From Macrostomum lignano (Eukaryota), in contig NIVC01000124.1 in assembly GCA_002269645.1 (NCBI GenBank), positions 186,001 to 250,000 of the forward strand: a stretch of 64,000 nt of DNA. Reading direction: 5' to 3'. The notes beneath the pieces are model-generated. The model worked only from the letters and a program-made list of their open reading frames with translations. It did not search any database and was not told where the DNA came from. A program made the translations under genes and the position numbers. The first letter of the stretch is position 1. Every line of letters starts with the position of its first letter. Below, piece after piece: positions 9,973 through 22,270 of this stretch.

Positions 9973-12900
9973 ATGTCTTTTATCTGTTCGAGAAACATCC
10001 GATTTTACAAGCACAAATTGCGGCGGATGATGTAAGTGTTCGTAATCTATCTTGTATGAATTAAAAATATTATGTAACTCTGTAATATTTAGTTTTTAAT
10101 TTAAATAAAGTTAACTTTATTAAGAAGAAAAAAATTACTGCCACAAAAATTTGTAACCCAGTCAGTCTGCTAACCTGAAGCTTGTATATAGATTATAGCT
10201 TTGAAACATACGTAATATTTTTAATTTTAGTTAGGCCACGGCCAGTCCAGGAAAATCAAAATGAAATACAAGTCCAAGTGCCATTCTTTTTAATTAACTT
10301 TTCCAGTAGCTTTACTTTTTCAACTTATTTTTAAACAAAACAATTGTATTAGACCCCATAGTCTGGATCATGCTGGGTGCATGCCCAAACAAAAATTGAA
10401 TAATTACAAATGCACGCCAGAAAAAATGTAGTGCATGCCCATTCTCCAAAATATGCCAGTGTTGCGACAGTAAATGAATTTTTTAGGCCCTATGTTGTGA
10501 CAATAAAATAATTTAAAAAATTTCATAATAGACCTTTATTACCAGATAATTTGGTTGCTTTTTATGCTTTTTTGGCAATACTATTTAGTGATGGACCAAA
10601 TGTAGAATCCGAATGTACAAAAAAATTCCGAATCCGAATATCTGAATATGTTTCCCATAGTCAGGAAGGTGGCAAGTGCACGCGAGAATCAATTTATGGA
10701 AAAATCCTTGGTGCACGCCAATGTACGCCAATTTTTTAAAACCCTTAACATGACGTTTCTGTTGCATGCCAAAAATCTTGAATACCAAAAATCATGTACG
10801 CTGAAAATTGTGTATGCCAAAATCCTGTATGCCAAAAGTGGTTACACCATCTGTTTACCCTACAGTAAATTGTAAAAAAATTGGTAAAATGACTTAAATT
10901 TTGTGTCAAAAATAAAACAGAAAACAAACTGACTGCATATTTAATGTAACGTTTGAATATTAAACGTATTAGATACTATTTTTAAATAAATTTTCTACTT
11001 ACGTTAAACAAAGTTTATATAAAAAAAGGAAATTCGCTACAAAGAACCTGGAGAGTATCAAAAACTTTTTCTTCACATTTCAAGAAACAAATAAACTAAA
11101 AGTCTACAAGAGTCACAAAATAATAGCGTTTAAAAGTTATTGGATATTTTAATTTTAATGTAGGCTGTAGAGTGTAGGCCTGGCTGTAGGCTAGGCTGTA
11201 GCCTCAACTAGTTGGTTTAATCAATATTCAAATTCAATTGTTCACGTTTAACTTTATATATTGTATGTATATAGTGTATATATCTATATTTGACTTGTTG
11301 ATATACTGTCAGTTTGTAATTGCACGCCAAGGTTACACGCCAAGTAAAAAACTTGTATGCTGAAAATTTAGGCGTGGCTTGAGATCCCTATTTGCACGCC
11401 AACTTTGCACGCCAAAATTTTAGCGTGGCTTGTGCACGCGGGAAAATTCCCGCGTGCAGGCCACCTTCCTGAGTATGGCATGTTTCCAAATGTAGAAAAA
11501 AGTAAAAGGTACATGGCGGGAGTAACTATGACACCTTTCAGTGACAAAAATGCAAAAATAGTAATTGTATTTTGCACTGTACATTAATTTACTGACAAGA
11601 TTCAATCTAATCTCGGGCTTATACTATATCTATCTAGTATCTGAATTGAATTAAACTTAGAATTAAACTCAATTCTTATATATCTAATCTAACTAATTCC
11701 AAATACTAATACTAACTGACATAACGTTTGTGCAATTTGATAACTTTACTGTGTGCACGTAAAGTCCATGCACATTAATTTGCATTTTGAAAAAAATGAT
11801 GATCACACTTAAACAATGATTACTGTGATTAAATGTTTCTGCAACTTTAGGTTGAATGCCTCAAAGGTTCCGATGTTAAGTGACTTTACATATTAACACT
11901 TTTTAATAATATACGTTATTGCAAAACAGACAATTGTAAAAACGAGCAATATTACATTAAATTTTGCGTTGATCGTTTTTTAACTGACTTTCTTTTCAAA
12001 AAGTTGTATTTCTTTTATGTTAGCATAATTTTGTTTTTGGTTGTTTGCTTTTTTCATATTTGGAAGCACATTCGGATATTCAGAAAATAAAATTTCCAAA
12101 TCCAAAACATTCGGATTTCTAAAAAAGTGAGACTTTTTTTCGTATTCGGAATCTGAATCCGAATATTTGGATCTATCACTAATACTATTTTATGGCAAAA
12201 AATTTATACACATAAAAATTTGTTTAAATGCCCTTTTATGAGCTTGAAAAAACTAGAAAGCTTGAAATTTGCACTTAAAATAAACTTTTTTATCTTTTTT
12301 CTACTTTATAATAACCATACATGCGCAACCCCCCTGATTTACACTGGCCATGCAACTTACTTTTTGACCAAAAATGTGACTTACCTGTGAAAAAAACCAA
12401 CAAAAAACCTCAAATTTTAGGTAAACAGCAGGAGTAACTATGACTGTCTTATAAGGGCTAAATGCCTCGTCATCTAATTAGTACTCCGTCTGTATTCTTT
12501 AGGCTGGGCATTTTTGCGACTTACCCCTGGTCTACCACAATTTATGGTGGCCAGGTTGGCCAGCAGTTGCGCATGTATGTAATAACTCTTACACGTGATT
12601 CTATACAGTGCATGCCAAGTGTGCACGTATACTCTCTTCTCAGGAGTGATGCATGCCAACTGTGCACACCTAATTTTGGCGTACAAGGCCAATGCATGCC
12701 CGAATTTTTGGGTGTATATTACATTATCCGGAGTATGGATTAGGCCCTATAAAGTTATTATTATTTCCTATGATTATGTCTAAGCCAGGGAAATAACTAG
12801 AACTTATCACAATATACTAAATCTCTAAATTTTGTCTATCCTTAAATCCTAAAGAATAAGCCTACTTTAAGTTTTGAAAGGTATTTTTTAATTTTTTTTT

Positions 12901-15900
12901 ATAATTCATATGATATTTATATAACATGATTGTCATAAATAAAAAAACTAATATACAAATGTCAAAAAAATAAAAGCACTGGAAAGTTTTGTTATATATT
13001 ATGTTTAATATAAATTATATTCCATACCTAGCTAACAATAATATATATTATATTAAAAAATTCTGGTGCACATAACTTCATAAGCAAAAAATATGCAAAA
13101 GTAGTATACATGGCATATAATATAATAACATTCCAGTAGAAATTTTGGTATAAGACCAAGACTGTCACACACCAAGACTGCCACACTTAGAGGAGCTAAG
13201 GGAAGGAATTAGACTCAATATATTATTGGATAGTGCTGAAGACTAAGAAAAGATAAGAAAGTAAGAAAAACTAGCAAAACAAGGCTATCACTATGAGCTA
13301 TAGATAAGACGATGGTTTTTTTCATCAAAAATTTTAGCACAAAAAAGGGTTAGACATATGCTACACTAGCATATTCTGGCATAAGGGAGAAAAATCCAGT
13401 GTAGTACAGCATAAGACAAAAAATAATTAGTACAATTTGGTACAATACTAAAACTTCATATATAACAATATTGTCTTTAATAGAAAATTAGCATGTAAAC
13501 TCTTTTTATTAGCACTTTTTTGTTTTCCAAGGTATTGACAACTTTCTAAATAATTTATATTGACATTGCATTTTCTATGAAACAGATTCAAATATAAGTT
13601 TTATTAGTATTTTCAAATAGAAAATTACTGATTGCATTTTTTTCCAAAAAGTTGCAGTACATAGCACAAGAAAACTTTTTTGATAAGATTTGTTCTAGCA
13701 CACAGTGCAATAAAACTTTGATAGGATTAATTCTGGCATAAGCATGCCGTGATCCTGATTATAGGCTATAAAAAAAGAAATTATACCTGTAAGCCCTTTT
13801 CCCTCTCAATTCCAATAGCCAATAAGAACTGTGTTAGTCTTGGTGTGTGGTAATCTTGGTCATGCACTAGAATTTTGAATGCATAATAGTACATATTATT
13901 AAAAGCTAATAAAATAATTTAGTTCATAATGGGTCATTTAAAATATATAATATAGGGCTTAATCTATCTATGCAATGTATAAAATGCTTTTAAATATTTT
14001 TTGTGTCAATTAATTACTGGTTTTGGTAAATTAAACAAATGATTTCATTTAAAATGGCATTTTACTGTGAAATAAATGTATTTATTGAAAAAAACCATAA
14101 TTTTAGATGGTTTTTTAACAATTTTAATTTAAGCTAAAATAGTTGTAAATTAAAGTATCTACAAACATTATAAACATTGATATATTATTTCAACTTTTGA
14201 TTTTCAATCCTAATTCTCATAGATTTTAATGCTCTTATGCATTAGTGCCTTAGCTATGTGCATGTCAATAAACAAAGATAGGCCTTAGCATACAAAATTA
14301 TAATTTTAGCTTTGTGTATAGTGAATATTCCAAAAATATAGTGAAATAAATTCTTTCACTTATGTAATACTTTTTTATATGTTGCTTGTATTTATAATAT
14401 ATATTCCTATATACTATGCATGTATTTATTTATAGATATTGAAATATAAACTATTGTATTATAATTAGGAAAAATGCATCTATTCTAGAAATTTCGGAGG
14501 TACCCTCAAGAAATATAATGTGTATATTAGTGTACAGAAAGTGATTTTTGGGCTTTTGGTATACATATTTAATAATAATATTTTGGTATATGACATGCAC
14601 TAAAAATTAAAAGAATTGTATTATCAATAATACTAATAGTCATAATAGTTCTCTATACATATATACTTATAAAATTTGATAACTATTTAATGCAAAACTG
14701 ACTTCTTTGTTTTTTTACAAAGTAAATATTTCAAACTTAAACAAAAATGCATAAAATTTACTCTTGTTATTTATATACATATAAATTTTTTTAACATTGT
14801 CTAGTTGAATTAAATACAAAACCAAAGTCTAATAAGAATGTTTCAAAATTGACATTTAGAGTTTTGCATATTATATATGGCATACATTTGCAAATACCAA
14901 GTGTTCATTTCTTTTCTAATATGTATATTGTATTCCAAACTATTGCTATTATATACCTGTGTTTTGAAAAATGATCATTATATAGTTTGACTAAAATTAA
15001 TAGCTAAAATGAATATAATAATGCCAATGCCAAGCAAACATAATGTTCATAATTTCTAAAGAGGCACTATTAAAAATGTTTATTGCTTTTAGAAAAAATT
15101 CTTGTTTAATAAATAGACTTTAAATTTAATATAATTCTTACTATTTTACTTTTTCAACAATTTAACTTTATTGCCCCTAGTCAGGAAAAAACATTTGTGC
15201 TAAATTGTGTCTACTACAAAAAATGCAAGTCACTAGTTATGGCAAAAAATGGCAAAATGTTATTTGGTCTCCCTATAAATTTTAGGCTAAGACTGAGCTT
15301 TTAGGCATTCTTGCAATGGTTTTGGCTATTATAGAAATATATTTATTTTTCTTAATATAGTTTATAAAAGATAAAAAACTAAAAGGGTTAGAATTTGGTT
15401 AAAATGACCAGAGTACTGTGCAAGTGCTTAATGCTACTAATAATAATAATAATAGTTTTTGTAAATAATTTTGTCAATAATAATTTCAAGTTTACTCACT
15501 CAAGAATAATATTCACATAATATTTGTTTTAATCTTCCAACGTTTAATAATAATGTTCATGTAAAATTTGTATGTATTTTTAAACTGAAAACTAATTTTA
15601 GCCCTATTTGTTTTACTACTGCATATATCAAAATTAATGTTGATCAAGTCCTAAAATAGTATAAATAGACGGGATCTGGCCAGAGAGCCACCAACTTGGC
15701 TGATTGCCTGTTCCTAAATTAGTCTCAAGTCTTGCTACTTGTTGAGCTTTAAACTGTTACTTAGAAACCTTTTCAAGACTTAGTAAATTTTTAGATTCAA
15801 AGAGTGAAGTGGAAGTTAATCATACCACAGATACTATTGATAGGCAGAATATCAAGGAGATTGAAGTGAAACAAAGTAGATCTTGGGAATACATATACAG

Positions 15901-18900
15901 TTTTGAAAAGGCTGTGACCCTCTAATCTCGGGAATGCCTAAAAGGACTAGACTAGACAATCAGATACTTAGATAGCTGCAAAAGATTTACAAGGAAGATC
16001 ATTCTGAGAAATACATTCCAGGCCAATAGTAGACCATTCGGCATATATTAAGAACGCTACCAATCTAAATAAACTAAATCTCTAATATTTGTATGCTTGC
16101 TTGTCCATAACGCTCTAGAGATTGCAATTCTTCACCGATTTTGATCGCGTTTTCGCCAAAAGATTCAAAATCAGCCTGGGATTGTATGGTTAATACATAT
16201 ACTAAGAACGCTACCAATACATATACTAAGAATGCTACCAATAGAAGTAGATACTTAGACTAATCCTTGGACATATACCTAGACTTATTCTTAGACTTCT
16301 ACTTAGACTGATATTTATAGACTTATACTTAGACCCTATTCTAAGATCTATGCCCAGAAGTTAATTATACTTTAGTACAAAATTGGTGAATTAGTGGTAG
16401 GATTTACTGGAGAGAACAATAACCCACTGTAACAACTTGGTGGCATTTAGAAAATTAATAAAGTAAGGAGGTAGAAGCACTGTTACAACTTTGGTACCAG
16501 TGGTGGGATTGTTCATAAAGACAGAGGAATAACCCCTGTTACAGTACCTAATGTAGAAAATGTAAAAAAACTAGATAAAGTTTTATAGCTTTTTCACTAG
16601 AGTTCTACTTTTACTTTTCATAGTAAGTGGAATTCTATCCACTGTACATGGATACTTTATTGCAAAATAATTGGATTGAAATAAATTCCTGTCTTTATGC
16701 CTATCCTAGTTGGAGTCCTAGGTACCTAGACTAAGCAATGATTAGGTAAATGATACTAGATAACATGGTATTCCTTTTTTCACTGAAATCATTTATTATA
16801 ATAGCATTAATGTTCATGACTTTGTTTTGATTTGTTAAGGACTAATTAATAAAAAAATTTTAAAAATCTAATAAGCATTTTGATTCAGTGTAGAGTTTTT
16901 AGTCTATCTAACAAAATCTATTTTTTCTTTTTGCAGTTCCAAGAAGACAATATTTATTCTTCTGTGCCTTTCAATTTTACCTTTGTATCTACTTTACAAT
17001 GGCAATCCATTTGCTGAAAAGGAAATTATTATCAAAACAAGTAAGTGTCTATTTAATTTGTCTTTTATGCACTTGCTCAGCTACATATGACTGGAGTTAT
17101 AAAAGCTAAAATTGTATTCAAATATTTTGAATCTATAGAGCGACTGGATGACTGTCTCAATAGCATATCAAAAAGTCAGTTGTCACTGATTGACAGCTCT
17201 GATGCTCTCTCTTACTATGTGAGCTATCGCGAGCCCAATGTGGAATTCTATCCCTACATTGGCAATGGATATTTTGCCACATCGAATATTGGAAATCAGC
17301 GATTGTACATACGAGATAAACTGCTGCTTCAAGTACCGGTGCCATTTGATGTGCTATTCGACTTTAGTTTAACTGGATTCTCGTCTTTGGGTATGTTAAA
17401 TTACCTGTGTTCCAATTTCTCTTTAGAAATTAAACTCAGTATTGTCTATTCTACATTTTAATTATTAAATAAAAATTTTCCAGAGCGTGTGCTACTTGAT
17501 TTGCCAAATGGAGAGCTGCACAAGATTGGTTGCTACAAGCAGGTAAGCTGAAGTTTTTTACTATAAGTAAATATTATCCTTTTTAGCTTGCCCCATTAGC
17601 TTAGCTTTCAGCTTGATTTTAGTTTAATGTGTTGGCAGTGCTTACATATATTTAATATGTCTTCAAATGTTTATCCTTGTGTCTATTTTAAATACCTTTC
17701 GCTTGTAGTTTGTAATGAATGATTTCAATGATTTATTACCCAAGAAGGTAAACTTCGGTAAACTATTCATGCTTCGCTAGCTGATTTAATGTTCTATGTA
17801 TATTTTGCGTATAAGGGAAATGTAAGGTCTTTCTTGCATTTGGTACAGTATTATATCATTTTATTAATTATTCTTATTATTTTTTTGTGGCCTTTTGGTC
17901 TTTTCCATTTGTTAAATGCTAAGGGAATAATGCTAGAACTAAAGTTACCACGGATGCGTTCGAATTACTTTAATTCTATTATTTTTTAGTAGAGGGTTTA
18001 ATTTAACCCACCCCCCCCCCGGAGATGAGTGTTCTTTTCGCTATAGCGTACAAAACTGAGCGTGCAATTATGTTTAATTGTTTTATTATAATTAGCATGC
18101 AATAATAATATGTCTAGTTAATTACTGTGTACCCTTGTTCAATTGCAGCATTCGATGTGCGTATCGATTCACTATAGTGCCTATGCGCATCGCTCTATAC
18201 CATATTTGCTGGTTCAAGAGATCAAGGCGTCCAATCCTACTGTAAGTAGTTGATTTCAACCTTGAATTTTATTTTAAAAGTTTTTGTCCGCTAATGTTTT
18301 CAAATGAATTTTTAGGCTTTGTTATATTAAAAAGGGGTTGTAGCCTAGTGGTTAGAGCGCCGGACTCACGACTGAAAGGTCGGGGGTTCGATTCTTCACC
18401 CAGTCGGAACAATTTGTGTCATTGAGCAAGACACTTAACTCTGCATTGCTTCAGTTCACCCAGCTGTAAAAATGGGTGCCAGCATTGGCTGGGGTAATTG
18501 AAGGTGTGTGTGGCGACCCCCCCCCCAGTCCTTGGACTGAACAGCCGTACGCAGCCTTCAGATGCGCCGTGCAATAGCTGCGGCTGAGCTGTCGGTTGCG
18601 CATCTGGCCATCAGGGCAGGTGTAATCAGTTATAATTTCTAGCTTATGAAGTCCCTTGCTAGAGGTTTTGACGTTAGGAAATTTCGAAGAAATTTGAAAG
18701 CACTCACATGTGTTCCATAATTTTCTAATAATCCTCAGACCAACCCAGTTAATGTGCAGCTATCAAAGAAGCCCATGCCAAGCCTGCCAACCGGATCAGT
18801 TACTGGTAAAGCCACAATGCGTCTATCCGATGGTACCCAGCTTGAATACAGCCTAGCAACTATTACTGTTCGGCTTGGCAACAATCGTATTGTCATTTTA

Positions 18901-21420
18901 ACTGTTGCTGAGCCGAATGCGCCAGAGTATATGCCGGTTCGGCCTGGCGCTAGCGCTACTCTAACTCTGCGCACAGTTGTTCGTTACAGCGATCCGTTCG
19001 CCTCTATTCCGAACGAGCAACAATTGCGAGCGTTTCACGCTAAATCCAGGCTGGATTTGCAGACCCTGCTAATTGGCTTGGGTAGCGGCGCCGATTCTGC
19101 CAGCCTGCGCGCTAAGCATTACTCGGCATGGCGCAACGTCTGGCAGCGCGGATTCTCCATTGCTAAGTCTTTGGCGCCTGGCGCGCTTAATGGCGAATCG
19201 TTCAATTGTACGCTCTATTATCTGATGAGCAATCGGCCTATTGAACCGCCTACACAGCCTGCGATCAATTGGACTGGCCTAGTGCTGTCAGATAGTCTGC
19301 ATCAGTACGACCGCTGCTACGCAGGCAACGATCTGTTTCAGGTTTGTTTTGTTAAATGTTGATTTCCGTATAGAAACACATTTTTACTAGAATTTATGCT
19401 AGGAGTAAACATTAGTCATAGGGATACAACTATTTATTATTGTTTATGTATTGTCTACTAAACCTCCATACCAAATACTATAGTCTATAAAAATTTGAAG
19501 TGCGATAAAAATCATTGAAATCTGAGATTTAAACAGAGGAAGTAAGATCTAAGACTGGGAGGTGAGATCTAAGATTAAGAAATGGGATCTAAGACTGAGA
19601 AATGGGATCTAAGACTGAGAGGTGGGATCTAAGACAGAGAGGTAGGATCTAAGACTGAGAAGTGAGAGTTGAGATCTAAGACTGAAGAGATAGGATCTAA
19701 GGCTGAGAAGTGAGAGGTGGGATCTAAGACAGAGAGGTAGGATCTAAGGCTGAGAAGTGAGAGTTGAGATCTAAGACTGAAGAGATAGGATCTAAGGCTG
19801 AGAAGTGAGAGGTGGGATCTAAGACTGAAGAGATAGGATCTAAGGCTGAGAAGTGAGAGGTGGGATCTAAGACAGAGAGGTAGGATCTAAGGCTGAGAAG
19901 TGAGAGTTGAGATCTAAGACTGAGAGATAGGATCTAAGGCTGAGAGGTGAGAGTTGAGATCTAAGACTGAAGAGATAGGATCTAAGGCTGAGAGGTGAGA
20001 GGTGAGATCTAAGACTGAAGAGATAGGATCTAAGGCTGAGAGGTGAGAGGTGAGATCTAAGACTGAAGAGATAGGATCTAAGGCTGAGAGGTGAGAGGTG
20101 AGATCTAAGACTGAAGAGATAGGATCTAAGGCTGAGAGGTGAGAGGTGAGATCTAAGACTGAAGAGATAGGATCTAAGGCTGAGAGGTGAGAGGTGAGAT
20201 CTAAGACTGAAGAGATAGGATCTAAGGCTGAGAAGTGAGAGTTGAGATCTAAGACTGAAGAGATAGGATCTAAGGCTGAGAGGTGAGAGGTGAGATCTAA
20301 GACTGAAGAGATAGGATCTAAGGCTGAGAGGTGAGAGGTGAGATCTAAGACTGAAGAGATAGGATCTAAGGCTGAGAGGTGAGAGGTGAGATCTAAGACT
20401 GAAGAGATAGGATCTAAGGCTGAGAGGTGAGAGGTGAGATCTAAGACTGAAGAGATAGGATCTAAGGCTGAGAGGTGAGATCTAAGACTGAAGATAGGAT
20501 CTAAGGCTGATAGTGTAGGGATCTAAAACTAAGAAATGCGATGTCTAAAGAGATCTAACAGGGTGGCCATATTTTTTACGAGAGGTAAGGATTTAAGAGA
20601 GACGTCTTGATCAAGAAGTACGAGATGCTATCTAGATAAGCGTAGGTCTAAAACAGTTAATTCAAAAGTGCAACAGTAAAAAATGTGCTCTAATCTTGAA
20701 ATTGATATCTATTAATTCGCCCGCCAGGTCCCCAACCTGTGGCGCCGTCCCCAGTCTGCGTCTGATCTGATCGGCCTAGTGGATCAATGGTTTGTAACTC
20801 TGGTGAAATTCGGCTGCTCTCACCTGGTGCAAGCTGGCGCCATCGGCCTATCCCAGGCCGCCCTGCTAGCCATTGGCGAGTTCAGCTTCTCCGGTCGGCA
20901 TCTAGAATTCAATTTGCACCCGTCGCAGCTGGTTAGAGACATGACCTTTCGTAACATAGCCTACGGACCTTCCGCAAACGTGAACGTCACAGTTGAAGTT
21001 GACGACTCGAACAAGGCGCTGCTGTTTGTCAGCGTGCTTGGCAACCAGAAGCCATTCTACGCTTGCAGCGCTGCCTGCGACGAGAGCTCGCCAATTCAAC
21101 TAGGTGCCCAGCGTGTTCAACTGCCTCTGCGTATTACTAAGCCGCGCACCGCTCTGCTGTACATCACGCCAGATATTGATCATATCAAACAGTTGAAACG
21201 CGCTATTCACGTTCTTGAAGTTTGGGACGCGCCGGCTCACGAGCATCACGTGATCGCTTTGCACAAGCACGGCCATCCGTACGGCGGGCTGCCAGTTATA
21301 TTCTGGATTGGATTAATCTTGCTATTGTTAGTGTTTCACCTGTTCCTGTTCAAATTGGTCTATTCTGAGCTATGCAAAGGCGAGCCTGTTATTCAACCTT
21401 ATACTAAGTACTATACTTGA
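9973..21420 (+). CDS. KIAA2013: KIAA2013 / DUF2152 family membrane protein, ~620 aa, 7 exons
   Basis: Exons 9973-10031, 16937-17040, 17139-17390, 17484-17542, 18149-18241, 18739-19341, 20728-21420; all GT-AG and phase-compatible, 1863 nt. N-terminal TM (TIFILLCLSILPLYLLY); C-terminal GLP..FW..FHLFLFKLVYSE matches KIAA2013 as recalled. Exon 1 is the least certain. Confidence 0.88.
10655..11478. mobile_element. Inner CCATA-type DNA transposon (824 bp) nested in the hAT-like MITE
   Basis: TIRs CCATAGTCAGGAAGGTGG / rc CCATACTCAGGAAGGTGG (17/18); TSD TATGTTTC / CATGTTTC; many TGCACGCC repeats; palindrome TGCACGCGGGAA-AA-TTCCCGCGTGCA near the right end. Confidence 0.85.
11509..11553 (+). pseudogene. 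Decayed 28S rRNA fragment (helix 69 region), copy 1
   Basis: GGCGGGAGTAACTATGAC (11515-11532) is an exact 18-mer of conserved eukaryotic 28S; ungapped, partial similarity continues to AAATGC at 11553. Confidence 0.65.
12421..12482 (+). pseudogene. 62-nt 28S rRNA fragment spanning helix 69 and the R2/I-PpoI target, copy 2
   Basis: 53/62 ungapped match to GTAAACGGCGGGAGTAACTATGACTCTCTTAAGGTAGCCAAATGCCTCGTCATCTAATTAGT; last 23 nt exact; flanks are not rRNA. Confidence 0.9.
13129..13881. mobile_element. Decayed DNA transposon (CATTC..GAATG, ~750 bp; P- or hAT-like)
   Basis: Inverted GACCAAGACTGTCACACACCAAGAC (from 13154) / rc GACCAAGATTACCACACACCAAGAC (to ~13862); candidate TSD TATAATAA / CATAATAG. 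Confidence 0.6.
18334..18630 (+). mobile_element. tRNA-derived CORE-SINE (MIR-like) in KIAA2013 intron 5
   Basis: Pol III A box TAGCCTAGTGG and B box GGTTCGATTC, then TGTGTCATTGAGCAAGACACTTAACTCTGCATTGCTTCAGTTCACCCAGCTGTAAAAATGGG, collinear with the MIR CORE domain. 3' boundary approximate. Confidence 0.8.
19540..20510. repeat. 48-bp dimeric minisatellite (21+27 bp subunits, both starting GATCTAAG) in KIAA2013 intron 6
   Basis: Alternating GATCTAAGACTGAAGAGATAG and GATCTAAGGCTGAGAGGTGAGAGGTGA. Confidence 0.95.
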
Positions 21421-22099
21421 AGATTGTTAATGTCTGTTTATTTTTCATTCTTCAGAGTCACAGTTCTTTTTCGCTTGTTCTAGGCTGTGTTGTAGATCTA
21501 TTTATATTAAAATTGAGTCAAAGTGACATTTCCCCACATCTTCAAGGCTCATTTCTGTATCTCTACTACTTATATACTAGGCCTTACAAACTACATATAA
21601 CTTAGCAAAGGCATGCGCTTATTAAGTTATAAGAGAAGTTAACTATAGTTTGCATTTTTCAATGTGGATGTTCATTGTTCAAGCCGTGTTTGTATACATG
21701 TATATTGGCATGTTTTCTATTTTTGGGTGTTTGTTTTTGTTTGTCAAATAAAATATCTATTTAATAGGCATGTCTTCTGTGTACATATACCTTCGATTCT
21801 TTGTTTATTATGCCTCAGACGTGTCTGTAGAAAACCATCTCATGCCAAATGTATGCTTCTACTGTTTGTGTATTAAACTCTCAAATCTTTCTCAGATTAA
21901 ATTTTAGTTCACTATGTGCTTCTGATAAAGTTGATGGCTAATTTGAGGGACTTTCAGATAATTTATTAATTAAATACAAATTGATGATTGCGATTTGATG
22001 ACGCTTAAAGATTCGTCTGGTAGGCAGTTGTAATTTTGTGTTTTTTAATGCGACTTGCCACCCTTATGATAGCTTGTGTCGCAATTTATAGGCAACTTT

Positions 22100-22270
22100 T
22101 TGATAGTAATGTTAATAGTATGTTCGGTTGTAGTAGTAGTAGCATTAGTGGTAGTAATAGTAGTTATAATAGTAGTAGCTGTAGTGGTAGTAGTGGTGAT
22201 AGTAGTATTGGTGGTTGTAGCAGTAGTAGTAGTGGTGGCAGTATTAGTAGTGGTAGTTGTGGTAGTAGTT
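22100..22270. repeat. Degenerate (GTA/GTG)n microsatellite
   Basis: Seen directly; source of poly-V and poly-S ORFs. Confidence 0.85.

Larger units (their letters stand above)
10586..12181. mobile_element. hAT-like MITE (TAGTGAT..ATCACTA) nested in the outer element (~760 bp net)
   Basis: Perfect 8-bp TSD ATACTATT at 10578-10585 and 12182-12189; imperfect TIRs; CCGAAT/ATTCGG subterminal repeats. YAG ends with an 8-bp TSD fit hAT. Confidence 0.85.
10356..12738. mobile_element. Outer non-autonomous DNA transposon with CCATA..TATGG termini (~780 bp net)
   Basis: TIRs CCATAGTCTGGATCATG / rc CCATACTCCGGATAATG; 8-bp TSD ATTAGACC (10348-10355) / ATTAGGCC (12739-12746); TGCA(C/T)GCC subterminal repeats. 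Confidence 0.8.

Noticed and set aside
18334-18410. Functional tRNA gene
   Set aside because: Acceptor and anticodon stems pair poorly and the sequence runs straight into a CORE domain, so it is treated as a SINE head.
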